This document shows, piece after piece, positions 14,761 through 29,884 of a stretch of 64,000 bases of DNA. Positions within the stretch are counted from its first letter, which is position 1. Each line of letters starts with the position of its first letter. A program made the translations under genes and the position numbers. Below the pieces are notes generated by a model. The model did not search any database, was not told the DNA's origin, and was given only the letters and a program-made list of their open reading frames with translations. This DNA comes from Octopus vulgaris (lineage: Eukaryota). The stretch spans positions 80,414,001-80,478,000 of the forward strand of contig OX597831.1 of the NCBI GenBank assembly GCA_951406725.2, in the 5' to 3' direction.

Positions 14761-15294
14761 AGTTGATAGTGACGATAATGGCGGTGAGGATAAGTTGGCG
14801 CTGTGTTTATAGCCACATCGCCTCTGCTGCCGCTCTTGTCAGCGTTGTGGCTGCACTAATGAACGCATGCGTATGCACGTGTATATGCAGCGGATGGTGC
14901 TGTTTTGCATGTGCATACACACTATTACAGGATGTAATGCACATTACCGCCAAACTGCGCATCAATGACCTCACCCCTGCCATTATCAACACAAGCATCT
15001 GCTCCGGCACCACAAACTAACACGGCCGAAAGGAACTTCGACGTGGTCATAACGCATGCTAGAAATAATAGTGAAGTGTCGTTTAAAATCAAACCTGCCG
15101 TTTCTTTTTGTGTTGTTTTTCTTTGTTTTCTATTTTCGTTTTGTTGGGTTTTTTTTAAATTTTATTTTTGTAATTGTTTTGGCTGTTTTTCTTTTTTGCT
15201 ACGTTTTTCCGTACCCTGTTAGGGTTTCATTGACATAAAAACTACCAATCGTAACAACAACAACAACAACAACAACAAATACTCATATTTTAAA

Positions 15295-16130
15295 TATGTC
15301 ACAATGCCAGCAATTTCGGGGAGCGGGGTGGGGTAATCGATTACATCTACCCTAATGCTTAACTAGTACTAATTTTATCGACCCCCATCCCCATCCCCCC
15401 ACAGAATGAAAGGCAAAGTCGAGGTGGCCGGAATTTGAATTGAGAACATGAAGACGGAAGAAAAACCGCGAAGAACTTTCGTCCGACACATTAACGATCC
15501 TGCCACCTCTTTGGCACAAATCCAGTAGTTTTGAATGCATAGGGCAAGTCGGTTACATCGACACCAGTATTTTACTGGTACTTATTTTATCAACACCGAA
15601 ATAATGACAACATTGGCCTCGGTGAAAATTGAACTCAAATCATTATAAAACTCGAAGAAATACCTATTTCTTTAGGTATTTCTAGCCACAAGGGGCTAGA
15701 CACAGAGAGGACAAACAAGGACAGACAAACGGATTAAGTCGATTATACCGACCCCAGTGCGTAACTGGTGCTTATTTAATCGATCCCGAAAGGATGAAAG
15801 GCAAAGTCGACCTCGGCAGAATTTGAACTCAGAACGTAGCGGCAGACGAAATACAGCTAAGCATTTTGCCCGGCGTGCTAACGTTTCTGCCACCTCGAAG
15901 AAATACCGTTAAGCACTTTCTCCGACATATGTACGATTCTGTCAGCTCAGTGTCTTTAAATAATGGTTTTTGATCAAGGCACAAGACCAGCAGATTTGAG
16001 AGGACTGGATTAATCCATACCATTTACTCCAGTAAAACACAATTGATTGACTGGCATTTTAATCAGTTCCAGCGAGATAAAGAGAAAATTTGGCCCCGGC
16101 GGAATTTGAACTCACAACATAAAGAGCGAG
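15295..16130 (-). mobile_element. Cluster of four SINE family B copies, with a young copy (15665-15893) nested in an older one
   Basis: The Meta-like domain and B-box recur. The direct repeat ctcgaagaaatacc at 15651-15664 and 15894-15907 flanks the young copy. Confidence 0.8.
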
Positions 16131-16315
16131 AAAAAATAACTCAGAGGAAGATCAATTTCAGTCGTATAAATCAGTCAGTAACGGAAACACAATAAAACAA
16201 AATGGCGTCCGATCACCGCTCTATTCGAAATTATCTTCTTTACAAATTAAATTTTCCAATGAAGATTTATTTATTAAAGAATTTTACCAGACGATTAGAA
16301 ATAAGATAATCTTTT

Positions 16316-16586
16316 TTCTATATTTAAGAGATGACGAATTATTTACATTATTTACATTCGACGGATATTATTATTATTGTACAGGTCACTGCTTGGAATC
16401 GAACTCGGAATTTTGGGGTTAGTAGCCCGCGCTCTTAAGCACTATTGAGAGCAAATAATATAAATTTGTTCTATTGCAAAATAGGACTAATATGCCCACG
16501 AGCATATGGCATAGTGGTTAAGAGCGCGGGCTACTAACCCCAAGATTCCGAGTTCGATTCCAAGCAGTGACCTGAACAACAACAAC

Positions 16587-16648
<62 letters not shown>

Positions 16649-16815
16649 TAATAACAACACCGAAGAATATCTTAGGAATGAGAACCCAAGTTCGTAATTT
16701 CCCCAAGGCACCTGAAGAAGGCTGGAGGGTATATCAGCCGAAACGTTGTGTAAACAACAAACAAGATGAGGACATCCGTCAAATGTAAATAATGTAATTA
16801 ATGTAAGATAATCTC
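16316..16815. mobile_element. Head-to-head (inverted) tRNA-head/(AAT)n/hammerhead element, copy 1
   Basis: The left arm (16316-16445, internally deleted) is the reverse complement of the right arm (~16492-16815). It is homologous to 27925-29528 and 48132-48610. Confidence 0.8.
16707..16752 (+). ncRNA. Minimal type I hammerhead ribozyme motif (Penelope/retrozyme type)
   Basis: Sequence gcac-CTGAAGA-a-ggctg..cagcc-GAAAC-GTT-gtgt. Stem I is gcac/gtgt and stem II is ggctg/cagcc. Stem III is the loopless palindrome ACGT, which needs a dimer, and the predicted cleavage triplet is GUU. Confidence 0.65.
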
Positions 16816-17165
16816 TGTTGAGCTTTAGTCTATTGAAATAATAATGATACCTTTCTGATTCGTGACGAAGATTGTTTGTAAGTTCGAAGTACGGTCTACA
16901 ATCATCTTTAGTCACCGTGAAAACGGAAGTTTCCTGAATAACTTTATTTGTACAAAATTAAGTACATTCAATTTTATGCTTTAATTCGCTAGCTTTTTAT
17001 TTAAATTTTAAAATATCTGATGCAATTAACCGAATTTGGTTATTTTTGCATTTTCATTTAAATGATTTCTCGATAAAATCCTATGCACTTAAGCGGTATG
17101 TCTGTATATATATGTATTTATACATTTACATGAAAATTACACATGTGTGTATGTATACATGGATG

Positions 17166-17199
<34 letters not shown>

Positions 17200-17337
17200 T
17201 GTATGTATGTATGTATGTATGTATGTGTATATGTATGTATGTGTGTGTATATATGTATGTATGTATGTGTGTATGCATGTATGTATGTATGTGTGTATGT
17301 ATGTATGTGTGTATGTATGTAAGTATGTATGTATGTG

Positions 17338-17369
<32 letters not shown>

Positions 17370-17429
17370 TGTATGTATGTATGTATGTATGTATGTATGT
17401 ATGTATGTATGTGTGTATGTATGTATGTG

Positions 17430-17945
17430 TGCCGCTCGGAGGATTGAGCCCCTGTTCCATCTACCAGCCAGCGTAGCTGTGCATTATGCCATAAAATGCG
17501 TAAATCTTTCGCCGGGGCTCAAGAATTAATCAAGGGCTCCACATTGCATCAAGTGTGACTCATTTCAGGGATTCTTTCTAGCAATGGCCTCAGCGCGTAT
17601 ACGAAAAAGCAGCAAAGATAAGATAGAAAAGAGAGGGACAACTAAATATACAGCAACACAATTTCTTTTCCTCAACAGGCCCTGCCCTATTTAACATTGT
17701 CCCAAAGCAGATCAAAAGGGAAAATATCCCGTCACCTTTAATTGGATTCTGGACAAATTTCTTCAAGGAATACCAGATAAGCCACCCGTAATTGGATACA
17801 ACTCACTCAACAAGACCTCACTACTTGGATGAACCATGATACCGCAAAACTTGACTTAAACAGGATTTAGATAATCCTATCAAGTGGTACTTTTAAGTTA
17901 GACATGGCCTGGACCAAATCTTTGGTTGAAACATATCTAAGTTAC
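17430..17945 (+). mobile_element. Decayed CR1-like LINE 3' fragment (third subfamily)
   Basis: Translation GPALFNIVPKQI..LDKFLQGIPDKP..SLL parallels GPQLFNKLP..LDKLLSGIPDEP..SLL at 8808-9371. The tail contains catggcc..tgaaac. Confidence 0.65.
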
Positions 17946-17970
17946 CAAGATAGAGATATAGATATATACG

Positions 17971-18023
<53 letters not shown>

Positions 18024-19167
18024 TACACACACACACAAGTATATAAGTACATAGATATACATAAAGAGAATATGTCTGTATATGTATGTATTTCTATATG
18101 TTATATATGTATATAAATGTATACATGTATGTATTTATGTATGTATGGATAAACTTGCAGCCATCGTTTCCATTCATACCGGAAGGAAAAACACAAATCA
18201 AAATATACCGAAATATGGCGAATATTGTCGTTTCATTTAACTTTAAAAATTTAGAAAAAAAAGCTAACAAAATGAAAATAAAACGATTGGGTCATATGCG
18301 GAAATAGAGCCAGATTCTACAGGTGTTCACTGAAAAGATGCAGACGATAAAAGGGCAAAATGTCGTCTGTTTTAACCATTTATATTCCTTGTGGTTTTCT
18401 TTATCGCTGGTTGGCTTTCTTTTTGTTTTTTTTTCATGTTAAATAATGAGTTAACCATCACCATTGATAATTCATAGCGCGACCATTTTGTTTTTGTGTT
18501 GTTTTTTTTGTTTTCTATCTTCATTTTGTTGTTTTAAATTTTTTGTTTATTTTTTGGCTGCTTTTTTTTTTACTACGTTTTTCGGTACCCAGTTAAGTTT
18601 CATTGACATACAAGCTACCAACTATAACAACAACAACAGCAACAACAAATATTAAAACTTTAAATGTGTAAAACTAGAAACGTAAATAAAAAAACATGAA
18701 CGAAAATACAAATGTTCAAAAATATTCGATGCAGCGAAGGAGATCTGCTTTGTACATCTGTGGAACGAATGAAGAAGTCAATGTCTTAGAGATAAAACCC
18801 GTAATCATTGCTTTTGTCGTCATTATCATCACCATCACCATTACCATCATCATCATCATTATTATTATCATTGTCACTACTACTACTACAACTACTACTA
18901 CTACTATTACTGCTGCTGTTACAACTACTACAATTATTATTTTGAATTTTTATGATATTTATGTGTTATTTAAATTTATCACCATCATTAATATCATCAC
19001 CAATATCATCATCATCACAATCATTATCATCATCATCATTATTATTATTATTATTGCTAGTATTTTTATTACTAATCATTATTATTATTATTATTGTTGT
19101 TGTTGTTGTTATTATTATTATTATTATCATTATTATTTTTATTATCAGTATTATCATCATCATTATC

Positions 19168-19253
<86 letters not shown>

Positions 19254-19414
19254 TACATTATCTTTATTACTAGTAGTTCTACTACTACTACTGTTATTTT
19301 TAATCTTTATATTTATTGATATCATTATCATTATTATTATTATTATTACTATCATAATAATCATCATCATCATCATCATCCTTATTATTATCGTCTTTAT
19401 TATATCCATGTCTT

Positions 19415-19920
19415 GAGAAATTCATTAAGCGTTTCCTCTCTAACATCAAAAGGGAAATTCGGGGTACATTCTTGGAATAAACCAGAAAACATGCCTTAAA
19501 TCCATTCAAGGTTAACAGATGTCCTGTGAGAATGATGGCCCTAATAATATTTACAGATCAGGCTATTGCTATTCTATGGAACCGGCCTACGTCTGCCCTT
19601 GTTATAGAGAATTTGTGAATGGCTTCTGAGACGTAGGCTTTTGGCGCTCCAGCTGAACCAATTATAAATGCTAAGACAGATACATTCCTTAGTGCTGTGG
19701 TTTTTCAAAGTTCAGCCGCTAGACTTTGTGCACTTCCGTAAATTTCACGTTTCTTTGGTATGGTTTTATAATCATTTGTTCTACTTTATTTTTCTCGAGT
19801 CCTTAGATTTGTATGGTCTGGTGACCCGGTTTCAATGGCGTAAAAATGACCGAGTTCACAATATTATGCCTGAACAAGAAGCCGATCCGTTATATGGTTC
19901 GTGTCCTTGTAATTTTTGAG
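19415..19920 (-). mobile_element. Possible relic of the C-terminus of an RLE-type (R2/R4/NeSL-like) LINE
   Basis: Minus-strand translation SLAAEL*KTTALRNVSVLAFIIGSAG resembles the KY..LA.EL...V.V.PIIIGALG motif. It contains many stops. Confidence 0.4.
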
Positions 19921-20390
19921 GTGGGACACAAGGAGGATTGCGTCAATCCCCGTAACTTGACTGGTACCTTATTTTATCGACCGCCAAGAGAACGAGGGCA
20001 AAACCAACAACAACAACAAGACCCAGTTAAGAATCCTGTATGAAGCTAACACAGCGATACGCCGACAGAGAACATGCCCGCACAAACACATACACACATA
20101 CACACACACGAATATATATACTCATTCATACACACATATGAATAAAAATACATATATATATACATACATTTATACATACACACTCACGCGCACGCGAACA
20201 CACACACATATTAAGGATTACTTTTATTTTCAATTTTACTAAAAACAATTTTACATTAATCTGAAGGTACAAACTTATTGTTCTTAAACAAGAATATTAT
20301 TGCATTTCGGCAACGGTTTAACTGGCTGAAACTTCGAATTAACTGTCGTTAAGATACTTGCTTAAGAATAATGTGTGTGTATATATATGT

Positions 20391-20421
<31 letters not shown>

Positions 20422-20445
20422 CATGTATGTGTGTGTAGTTCAAAT

Positions 20446-20686
20446 TTACAGAAAACAAAAGACGAAGACTGGTGAAGGAACATCAAGCAAGTGCATTAAT
20501 TTAACGCCCAGGGAAAATGAAAAATTCTTTTACGTTTCGAGCCTACGCTCTTCGACAGAAAGGATTAAGAGGGAAAAAACGGAGAGAGAATGAAAAAAAG
20601 AGAGAGAAAAAAAAAAGTATACAGAGTTCAACGGTCCAACATGGCGAGATGACAGGAAAAAAGAGGTTGAATGAAAGGGAGTTAAA

Positions 20687-20742
<56 letters not shown>

Positions 20743-21945
20743 CGGTAACGGTGACACCAACGAACTAAGGTGCGCAAGCGTGTGTGTGTGTATATGTGAG
20801 AATGGTGTGTGTGACTGTGTATTTGTGAATGGGGGTGAGTGTATGTGTGTGTACGTATGGACGCGTGTGGGGCTAACGTGTGTGTGTGTGTGTGGATAAT
20901 GTGTTTGTGTGTGGCTAACGTGTTGTGTATAGCAGTTGATATATGTTTGTTAAGGTGGTGTGTGCACGTGTGTATGTGTGTGTTTGTGACCAAAGAGTGT
21001 ACATGTGTATAATATATGTTTGTGGCCGAAAGTTATTTTTGTCTATGCGTGTTGCGTGTGTATATATATTGCTTGTGTTAAGGTATTAGGCGCTTGTGGG
21101 GGAGTGTGCATGTGTGGTTACTCATATAGTGGTATATGAGGTGACGGTATTGAAGATTGTGTGGGGGTTTGTGTATAATGGTGTGTGGTGTGGGTGAGGA
21201 GAAGAGTTCAGTGTTAGTGTATGTGGAGCGGGAAGGTGTTTGTGTGTGTGTGTATGTGTGTGTGTGTGTGTGTGTAATGGTGTGTGAAGTGAGTAATGAG
21301 TTGAACAGTGTGTATGGGTGTTTGTATAGTGGTGTATCTGTGGTAAAGGTACCAAGGTAGGTGATATGCAGGTGTGTAGATGGAGGAGGCAGTTGAATGA
21401 GGAAGGTGTGTGGGAATCCGTGTAGGGTTGGTGTCAGATGAAGAGAGGTAGTGAGTTGAGCCCATATAGCGCAAAAGAACGAAGAAGATTAATTCCTGTT
21501 CACAGCTAAGGCGGGAGTCTGGATGGCCTCTGTGCAGAGACAGTCCGAACACAGACAGATGACCGGTAGAGCGGAAGTGACGCAAGACCGGGGTGTCATT
21601 GCCGAGTCTGTTATCTTGGAGGTGCTCCGCGAACCGGTCAGTCAAGCGGCGTCCCGTTTAATCAATATACAGGGAAGGATAGAGAGAGCGGGTAATTCAG
21701 TAAATAACATTACTAGGGATGCAAGTAAAGGAGTCGGTGACGTGATAGGGACGGTTATAGGTGCCAGTGAGGATGGTGGTGCTGGAGGCTACAGCGTGGG
21801 CAAGAGCAAGTGAAGGAACCAGGCTGTGGGGCTGGGGTAGGGAAGAAACTGTTGATAGTTAGGTGTGGGGTTGGAGAGCAGAGGGTTATAGAAGGAGTTG
21901 TCTTGAAGTTGACGGAGAGCTTCAGCCCTGTAAAAGTCTGCGTAT
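20446..21945 (-). mobile_element. Penelope-like element 3' fragment: GIY-YIG endonuclease relic + 3' UTR/pseudo-LTR with hammerhead-like motif
   Basis: Minus-strand translation SFTCIPSNVIY*I...LYID*TGRRLTDRFAEHL..DTPVLRHF..GH..R..EQELIF matches the PLE GIY-YIG domain. An HHR-like motif lies at 20527-20562, and the terminus is homologous to 31830-32107 and 41880-42030. Confidence 0.85.
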
Positions 21946-21986
21946 ACATACATATATATATATATATATATACATATACATACATG

Positions 21987-22040
<54 letters not shown>

Positions 22041-22083
22041 TATGTATCTATGTATGTATATTTATATATATATATGTATATAA

Positions 22084-22170
<87 letters not shown>

Positions 22171-22177
22171 CGTGTGT

Positions 22178-22208
<31 letters not shown>

Positions 22209-22420
22209 TTCAGCTGTCACATTCTAGGTATGCCACTTAAAATTGAAGGATAGAAAAATCGGGCGGCTGTATAGGTCTGCAGGCAATATCGTAGGCACCA
22301 AAGTAATTACATTGTTTTCGTATCTTATATTTGTGGCAGAAAGGAAACAATGTAATTATTTTGGTTTCTAATATTGATATAAATGATTTATTCTTTATGT
22401 TGGAAATCTATATGGCCATC

Positions 22421-22507
22421 TGCTTCTGAGGAGAACGGTTTCTTTCAAATTGATGAAATCTTTTCCTTGATCGATTTAATGGAGCCGCTCGAAACGGCCG
22501 TAATGTA
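22421..22507 (+). ncRNA. Hammerhead-like motif with extended stem II
   Basis: Sequence CTGAGGA-gaacggtttc...gagccgctc-GAAA-cggccg-TA. Stem III is the palindrome acggccgt, and stem I is weak. Confidence 0.45.
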
Positions 22508-22547
22508 TTCATACTGGACATCCGTGTTACTTACTTACACATGATAG

Positions 22548-22579
<32 letters not shown>

Positions 22580-22581
<2 letters not shown>

Positions 22582-22760
22582 CGTTGACGATTTTCTTTAT
22601 TCGTCTTCTCTTCTTTGGACTTTTTCTATATTTCTGATGAAGAGCTCCGATCGAAACGTGAAATCTTTCTTTTCTTTCGTTTCCTGAGCGTTCAATAACA
22701 CTGTACTTATTCCACGTCCTCGCCTTGTTGTTTTTTCTTGCTGGTCCTTGTGTGGATTGT
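22580..22760 (+). mobile_element. Solo Penelope-type pseudo-LTR fragment with hammerhead motif (22630-22664)
   Basis: Sequence attt-CTGATGA-agagctccgatc-GAAACGT-g-aaat followed by ttcctgagcg, similar to the other pLTR copies. Position 17 is G, so it is probably inactive. Confidence 0.6.
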
Positions 22761-22761
22761 G

Positions 22762-22812
<51 letters not shown>

Positions 22813-22903
22813 TAGGGGTTGAAAATTCAACCCACCATGGGTATCATCTGATAGTTGATGTTTTATTGATTTAAGTATGTTTCTCCATTTTCTAATTTTG
22901 TAG

Positions 22904-22969
<66 letters not shown>

Positions 22970-23084
22970 TGCAGCTTCAAGTCCTTCATCACTTAATGTT
23001 ACCCGTTGATTTTAATTGAATTTTAAATACACTAACTTCATCACTTCAAATATATGTGCATGCATCTGTGTATGTATGAACGTA

Positions 23085-23123
<39 letters not shown>

Positions 23124-23750
23124 ATAACAACTTTCCCTTTAAAAAGGTTACTGAAAAGAGCTCTTTACCAGTTTCATGATTTTTATTTAGAAGTTCCCTT
23201 ATTTTCCTTGCATTTAGTGAAGTTCTTACAGCTATATATATGGGCATATATGTTTTATATACAGTCACATACACGCATATATATATATATAAATACACAC
23301 ACACATATACACACACTCACATAGACACATATATATATCTACATATACTTATATGTATATACATATGCGTGTGTGCGTGTCTGTGCCTGTGCCTATGTGT
23401 ACATAAGCGTGTATATATATATCTGGCTATCCATATATCTGTATGCGTGTATTTATGCATAATTATAGACAGATATATATATATATTCTCACACAGAGAC
23501 ACACGCCAATATGCACATATATATATATATATATATATGTATGCATATGTATATGTATACGTGTATATATATATATATATGAATGTATGTATGTATGTAT
23601 ATATATGTGTGTGTGTATCTACATATATAGATGTATACATATGTATATGTAAATATAGGTGTGTGTGTGTGTGTGTGTCTGTACGTGTAAATGTACGCCT
23701 GTTTATATATAAGTATATATATAGATATAAATACACACACACACACACAC

Positions 23751-23781
<31 letters not shown>

Positions 23782-23836
23782 AATACGTGTGAGTGTATGT
23801 ATGATTGTGTAGATGTATATATGCATATGTATACAC

Positions 23837-23876
<40 letters not shown>

Positions 23877-24455
23877 TCATTAAACGACTGTATGCAGTGA
23901 GATCTCTGTATACACACAAAATAATTCATATGTCAACCACGCCTCTGATATCAATTCGTCATCAGATGGAATCGTTAAATGCTTTAAAGAATCAGAAAAG
24001 AGTGAATCCTTCATTGGATGCACCATAAAAAAAAATATATCAAATAAGACAGACAAATCGACAGTTAGTTAATTATTCCAGTCACATCTCTAATGAAATG
24101 AATCAAACCACGCCGATCCGATCGCATTCCGAACCCTTCTGTCTGGCTGCCTGTCTGACTGTCTGACTGTTTGACTGTCTGTCTGACTGTCTGACTGGCT
24201 GGCTGGCTGGCTGGTGTGCGGGTCGTTTGTTGTTTTGATGGCGGGAGGATTGACTGAGCATATGCCGCTTTGTCGGTTTCTCTTCCCTTCTCCCACCCCC
24301 TCCCTCTCTCCCCATTTATCTTCCCACACACTCATTACGGTTATATATATGTGCGAACATGTATGTATGTGTGTATGTAAGTATGTATATAGCCAATCCG
24401 TTTCTTTATTCTTTAAATACACATTTGATTGTCAGTATGTATATAAATATACATA

Positions 24456-24505
<50 letters not shown>

Positions 24506-24724
24506 TACATTTATATGTATAAAAATCTACATACATACATATGTATGTATGTGTATATATATATATACATATCAATATATATATATATGTATAATATATA
24601 TATGCATGTATGTGTATATATGTATTTCAAAGCGCATAAATAAATATATATTTGTATACATGTATCTATATACCTATTCATGTGTAAGTATAAACATATA
24701 TACCTATATATACTTATATATTCA

Positions 24725-24787
<63 letters not shown>

Positions 24788-24820
24788 TTATTTATTTATT
24801 TATTTATGAAGCCTGATGCA

Positions 24821-24860
<40 letters not shown>

Positions 24861-25791
24861 TATGAACCCTGATGCACTTATATACACATCTTTATACCTT
24901 AAACTCTTATATATATGTACATATACATAAGAGTATATATGTGTGTGGGGGTGTTTGTGTGTCTTTGTGCATGAGTGTGTGTTTGTGTATGTGTATGTGT
25001 ATATATCTATGTATATATATAATATTAATAAATTTGTATTTTTATATATATGGAAATATGTATGTATATAAATATTTATATGTTTGTGAGTGTGTATATA
25101 CATATTTACATGTATGTATGTTTATGTACGTATGTATGTATGATGTATTCCATACACATATATGCGTATAATGTGTGCGCATGTCAGTTCTTGTCTTTGA
25201 GCGGATGCGTACATACGGAGATGTGTGTATATGTATGTATATATGTACGCATTTGTGTATCTACGTGTGAGTGAGTGTGTCTGTGTGTGTGTGTGTGTTT
25301 TCTTTTATTTCTTTGCAAGTGTACACACATGACACGATATAAACGTATGAGTGTGTCAATCTAGAAATTCATTTATGCCATGAATTCCATAAATGGACAC
25401 ATCGCTGATATTGTAGAAGCAATAAGAATTGTTAAAAGCGATAGCGTTTCTTTTAAATATACTTTCATATTATCTCCCTTTGCATCACCTCTCTATTCAA
25501 AAAGAGATGAAAACTGAATGATATAAATAAAAAAAAACTGCCAAAAATTACAAAACGAATAGAAAAAAAAAACAAGACGAAAGGAAAATACTTTCGTTTA
25601 TCTTCCTTTTCAGTTCGTTTTAAACCAATGCGTTTACATCTGTATTTACATAAATGTTATGTAGTTCTAAATAAATATATACATAAGTGGGTATATATAT
25701 GTATGTATATATGTATATATATATATATGTATTATGCATGTGTATAGATAGATATTTATAAATGTATATCTGATATTAATGTACATAAATG

Positions 25792-25923
<132 letters not shown>

Positions 25924-27199
25924 ATATATATATACATATATATATTTCGTTATTTATTTATTTAGTATATATTTTCTGGCGATGCGTTTCCGTATTTCAT
26001 TATTTATTCCAGCCACGATTCCATTGGCAGGATCGCATCTATTTCTGGTGATTAGCTTATTGGTTATAGAACTGGAATCGCTATCGTTATCGTTGTTGTT
26101 CTTCTTCTTCTTGTTTTTGTACTTGTGTTGTTGTTGTTGTTGTTGTTGTTGTTGCTGCTGCTGTTGTTGTTCTTCTCCCTTTTCTTTTAGTTGTTGTTGT
26201 TGTTGTTGTTGTTGATCTCTTCTTTAAAGTAAACGGGTCTTGATGTGCGTTACATTTGTAAGTGATGTTGTTGATATTGTTGTTGTTGTTGTGCTTGTGA
26301 CTGATGATGGTGATGATGATGATGATGAGGAGGAGGAGGAGGAGGAGGAGGATCATGATTGAGGATGATCATAGTCACGAAGATAGCGATGATGATGATG
26401 AAGTTGTCGATGACAACGACGACTACGATGATCATGATGATGATCATGATTACGATGATGATGATCATGATGATGAGACGACGATGTAGCGGTGGTGGTG
26501 GTGGTGGTGGTGGTGGTGGCGGTGGCGGTGGTGGTGTTGGTGGTGGTGATGGTGGTGGTGGTGGTGGTGGTGGTGGTGGTGGCGGTGGTGGTGGTGGTGG
26601 TGGTGGCGGTGATTAGACGGCTTCATGACATATGTATCCTAAATAAATACCCATCGAACGTAAATTTGTGTGTGTGCGCGCATGCGCTTGTGTGTATTTG
26701 CGCGTGCGCGTTGTATGTGTTTATTTGCAGTATTTTATATTAATGTGCGTATGATGTGTTGCTTCAGTTGAGCATATCTGTCTGTGTATGTAAATATTAG
26801 GAAATACCTGCGTGTGTGCGTTTCTGTGTTTGTGTGTGTGTATGTTTGTTCGTGTGTGTGTGTGTGTATTTCCTTGTGGCAATATTGGTGCTAAGAGATT
26901 GTGTGTATGTGTGTGTGTGTGTATACGTATGTGTGTTTTTTCTACATGTGTATATGAGTTGTTATGGAATATGCGTGTGTGTGTGTGTGTGTGTTTGTGG
27001 CTGTGGCTGTGTATCTTCTTGTTTTACTCCGTATGTGTGTATGTGTTTATGCTCGTTCGTGTGTGTACGTACACATGTGTATGCGTTTGTGTGTCTGTCT
27101 GTATGTGCACGTGATGTTTGTTTCTGGGTACATAAGTCACGTGAGAAAGATTAAAAAGAGTTACGTAAGAAATTGTGGAAGAACTTTTGAAGGACACAA

Positions 27200-27283
27200 A
27201 TGAAACGAAAGTGAAAGAAAGAAAGAAGGAAGGAAGAAAGAAAGAAATAAAGAAAAAAGAAAGAAGGAAGAAAGTAAGAAGGA

Positions 27284-27322
<39 letters not shown>

Positions 27323-27608
27323 GAAGAAAGGAAGGAAGGAAGGAAGGAAGGAAGGACGGTAAAAAGGAAGGAAAAAGGAAAGATGGAAGGAAGGAACGAA
27401 CGAACGAACGAACGAACGAACGAAGAACGAACGAAGGATAGAAGGGTGGAAGGAAGGAACGAACGAAGGAAGGAACGGAGGAACGAAGGAAAGATGGATG
27501 GATGGATGGGATAGAAGGAAAGAAGGAAAGAAAGAAACAAAGACGGAAGGAAGGAAGGAAAGGAGTGAGGAAGGATGGAATGGTGAAAGCAACAAACAAA
27601 GGAAGAAA

Positions 27609-27648
<40 letters not shown>

Positions 27649-27650
27649 AG
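27200..27650. repeat. Polypurine (GAAA)n/(GGAA)n/(CGAA)n tract
   Basis: Seen directly. Confidence 0.9.
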
Positions 27651-27857
27651 ATTTCTCCCATGATTTATGCAAACAAAAATATATTTATCTGCCCTGTTTG
27701 AAAACTTTAAGGACACAGAACGCTTGTATCGCGTAGCCAACAAGAAACGGTGTTTCTTGGGGCTAAATAACAGTAACATTCTTCCCTTTCTGGGACTGCA
27801 ACATTAAGTTGGCAACAAACCATCAAAATCATATTTGCTGAAAACACAAAAATATAG

Positions 27858-27911
<54 letters not shown>

Positions 27912-27924
27912 GTCTACATATATA

Positions 27925-29528
<1,604 letters not shown>

Positions 29529-29884
29529 GTACTTCAAGAAGTGTCAAGTGGAAATCGGTACCAGGCTCCCTATGAAATACCCCAAACTCTCTAAAGGTAA
29601 TGCACGGGTATGCCCCCAGTTTATAAGTGGTAACACAAACATATATACATACACACACACATACACACACATACACGCACGTACGTATATATGAATACAT
29701 ATATATTAATGCGTGTACATGGGTGAGGTAGTTGTGCACCAGCATGGCCACAGTCTGATAACTGAACAAGTAAAATATATACGTATCCATGTATTGAGCG
29801 TGGTGCATCATACATATATATATATATTTATATATTCATACATCCATATATACATACACACACGTGTGCGTGTGTGTGTGTGTC

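Noticed and set aside
14268-15020. 250-aa ORF ending DVMHITAKLRINDLTPAIINTSICSGTTN as a possible terminal exon
   Set aside because: Most of it is a (GAT)/(GGT) repeat. The unique tail has a weak acceptor and no recognisable homology.
15211-15232. miR-10-like seed TACCCTGT (and a miR-993-like TCTACAGGT at ~18316)
   Set aside because: The match is limited to 8-9 nt and no complementary hairpin arm is present.
16500-16573. tRNA gene
   Set aside because: A and B boxes are present, but the acceptor and anticodon stems do not pair properly. It is the head of a repeated element.
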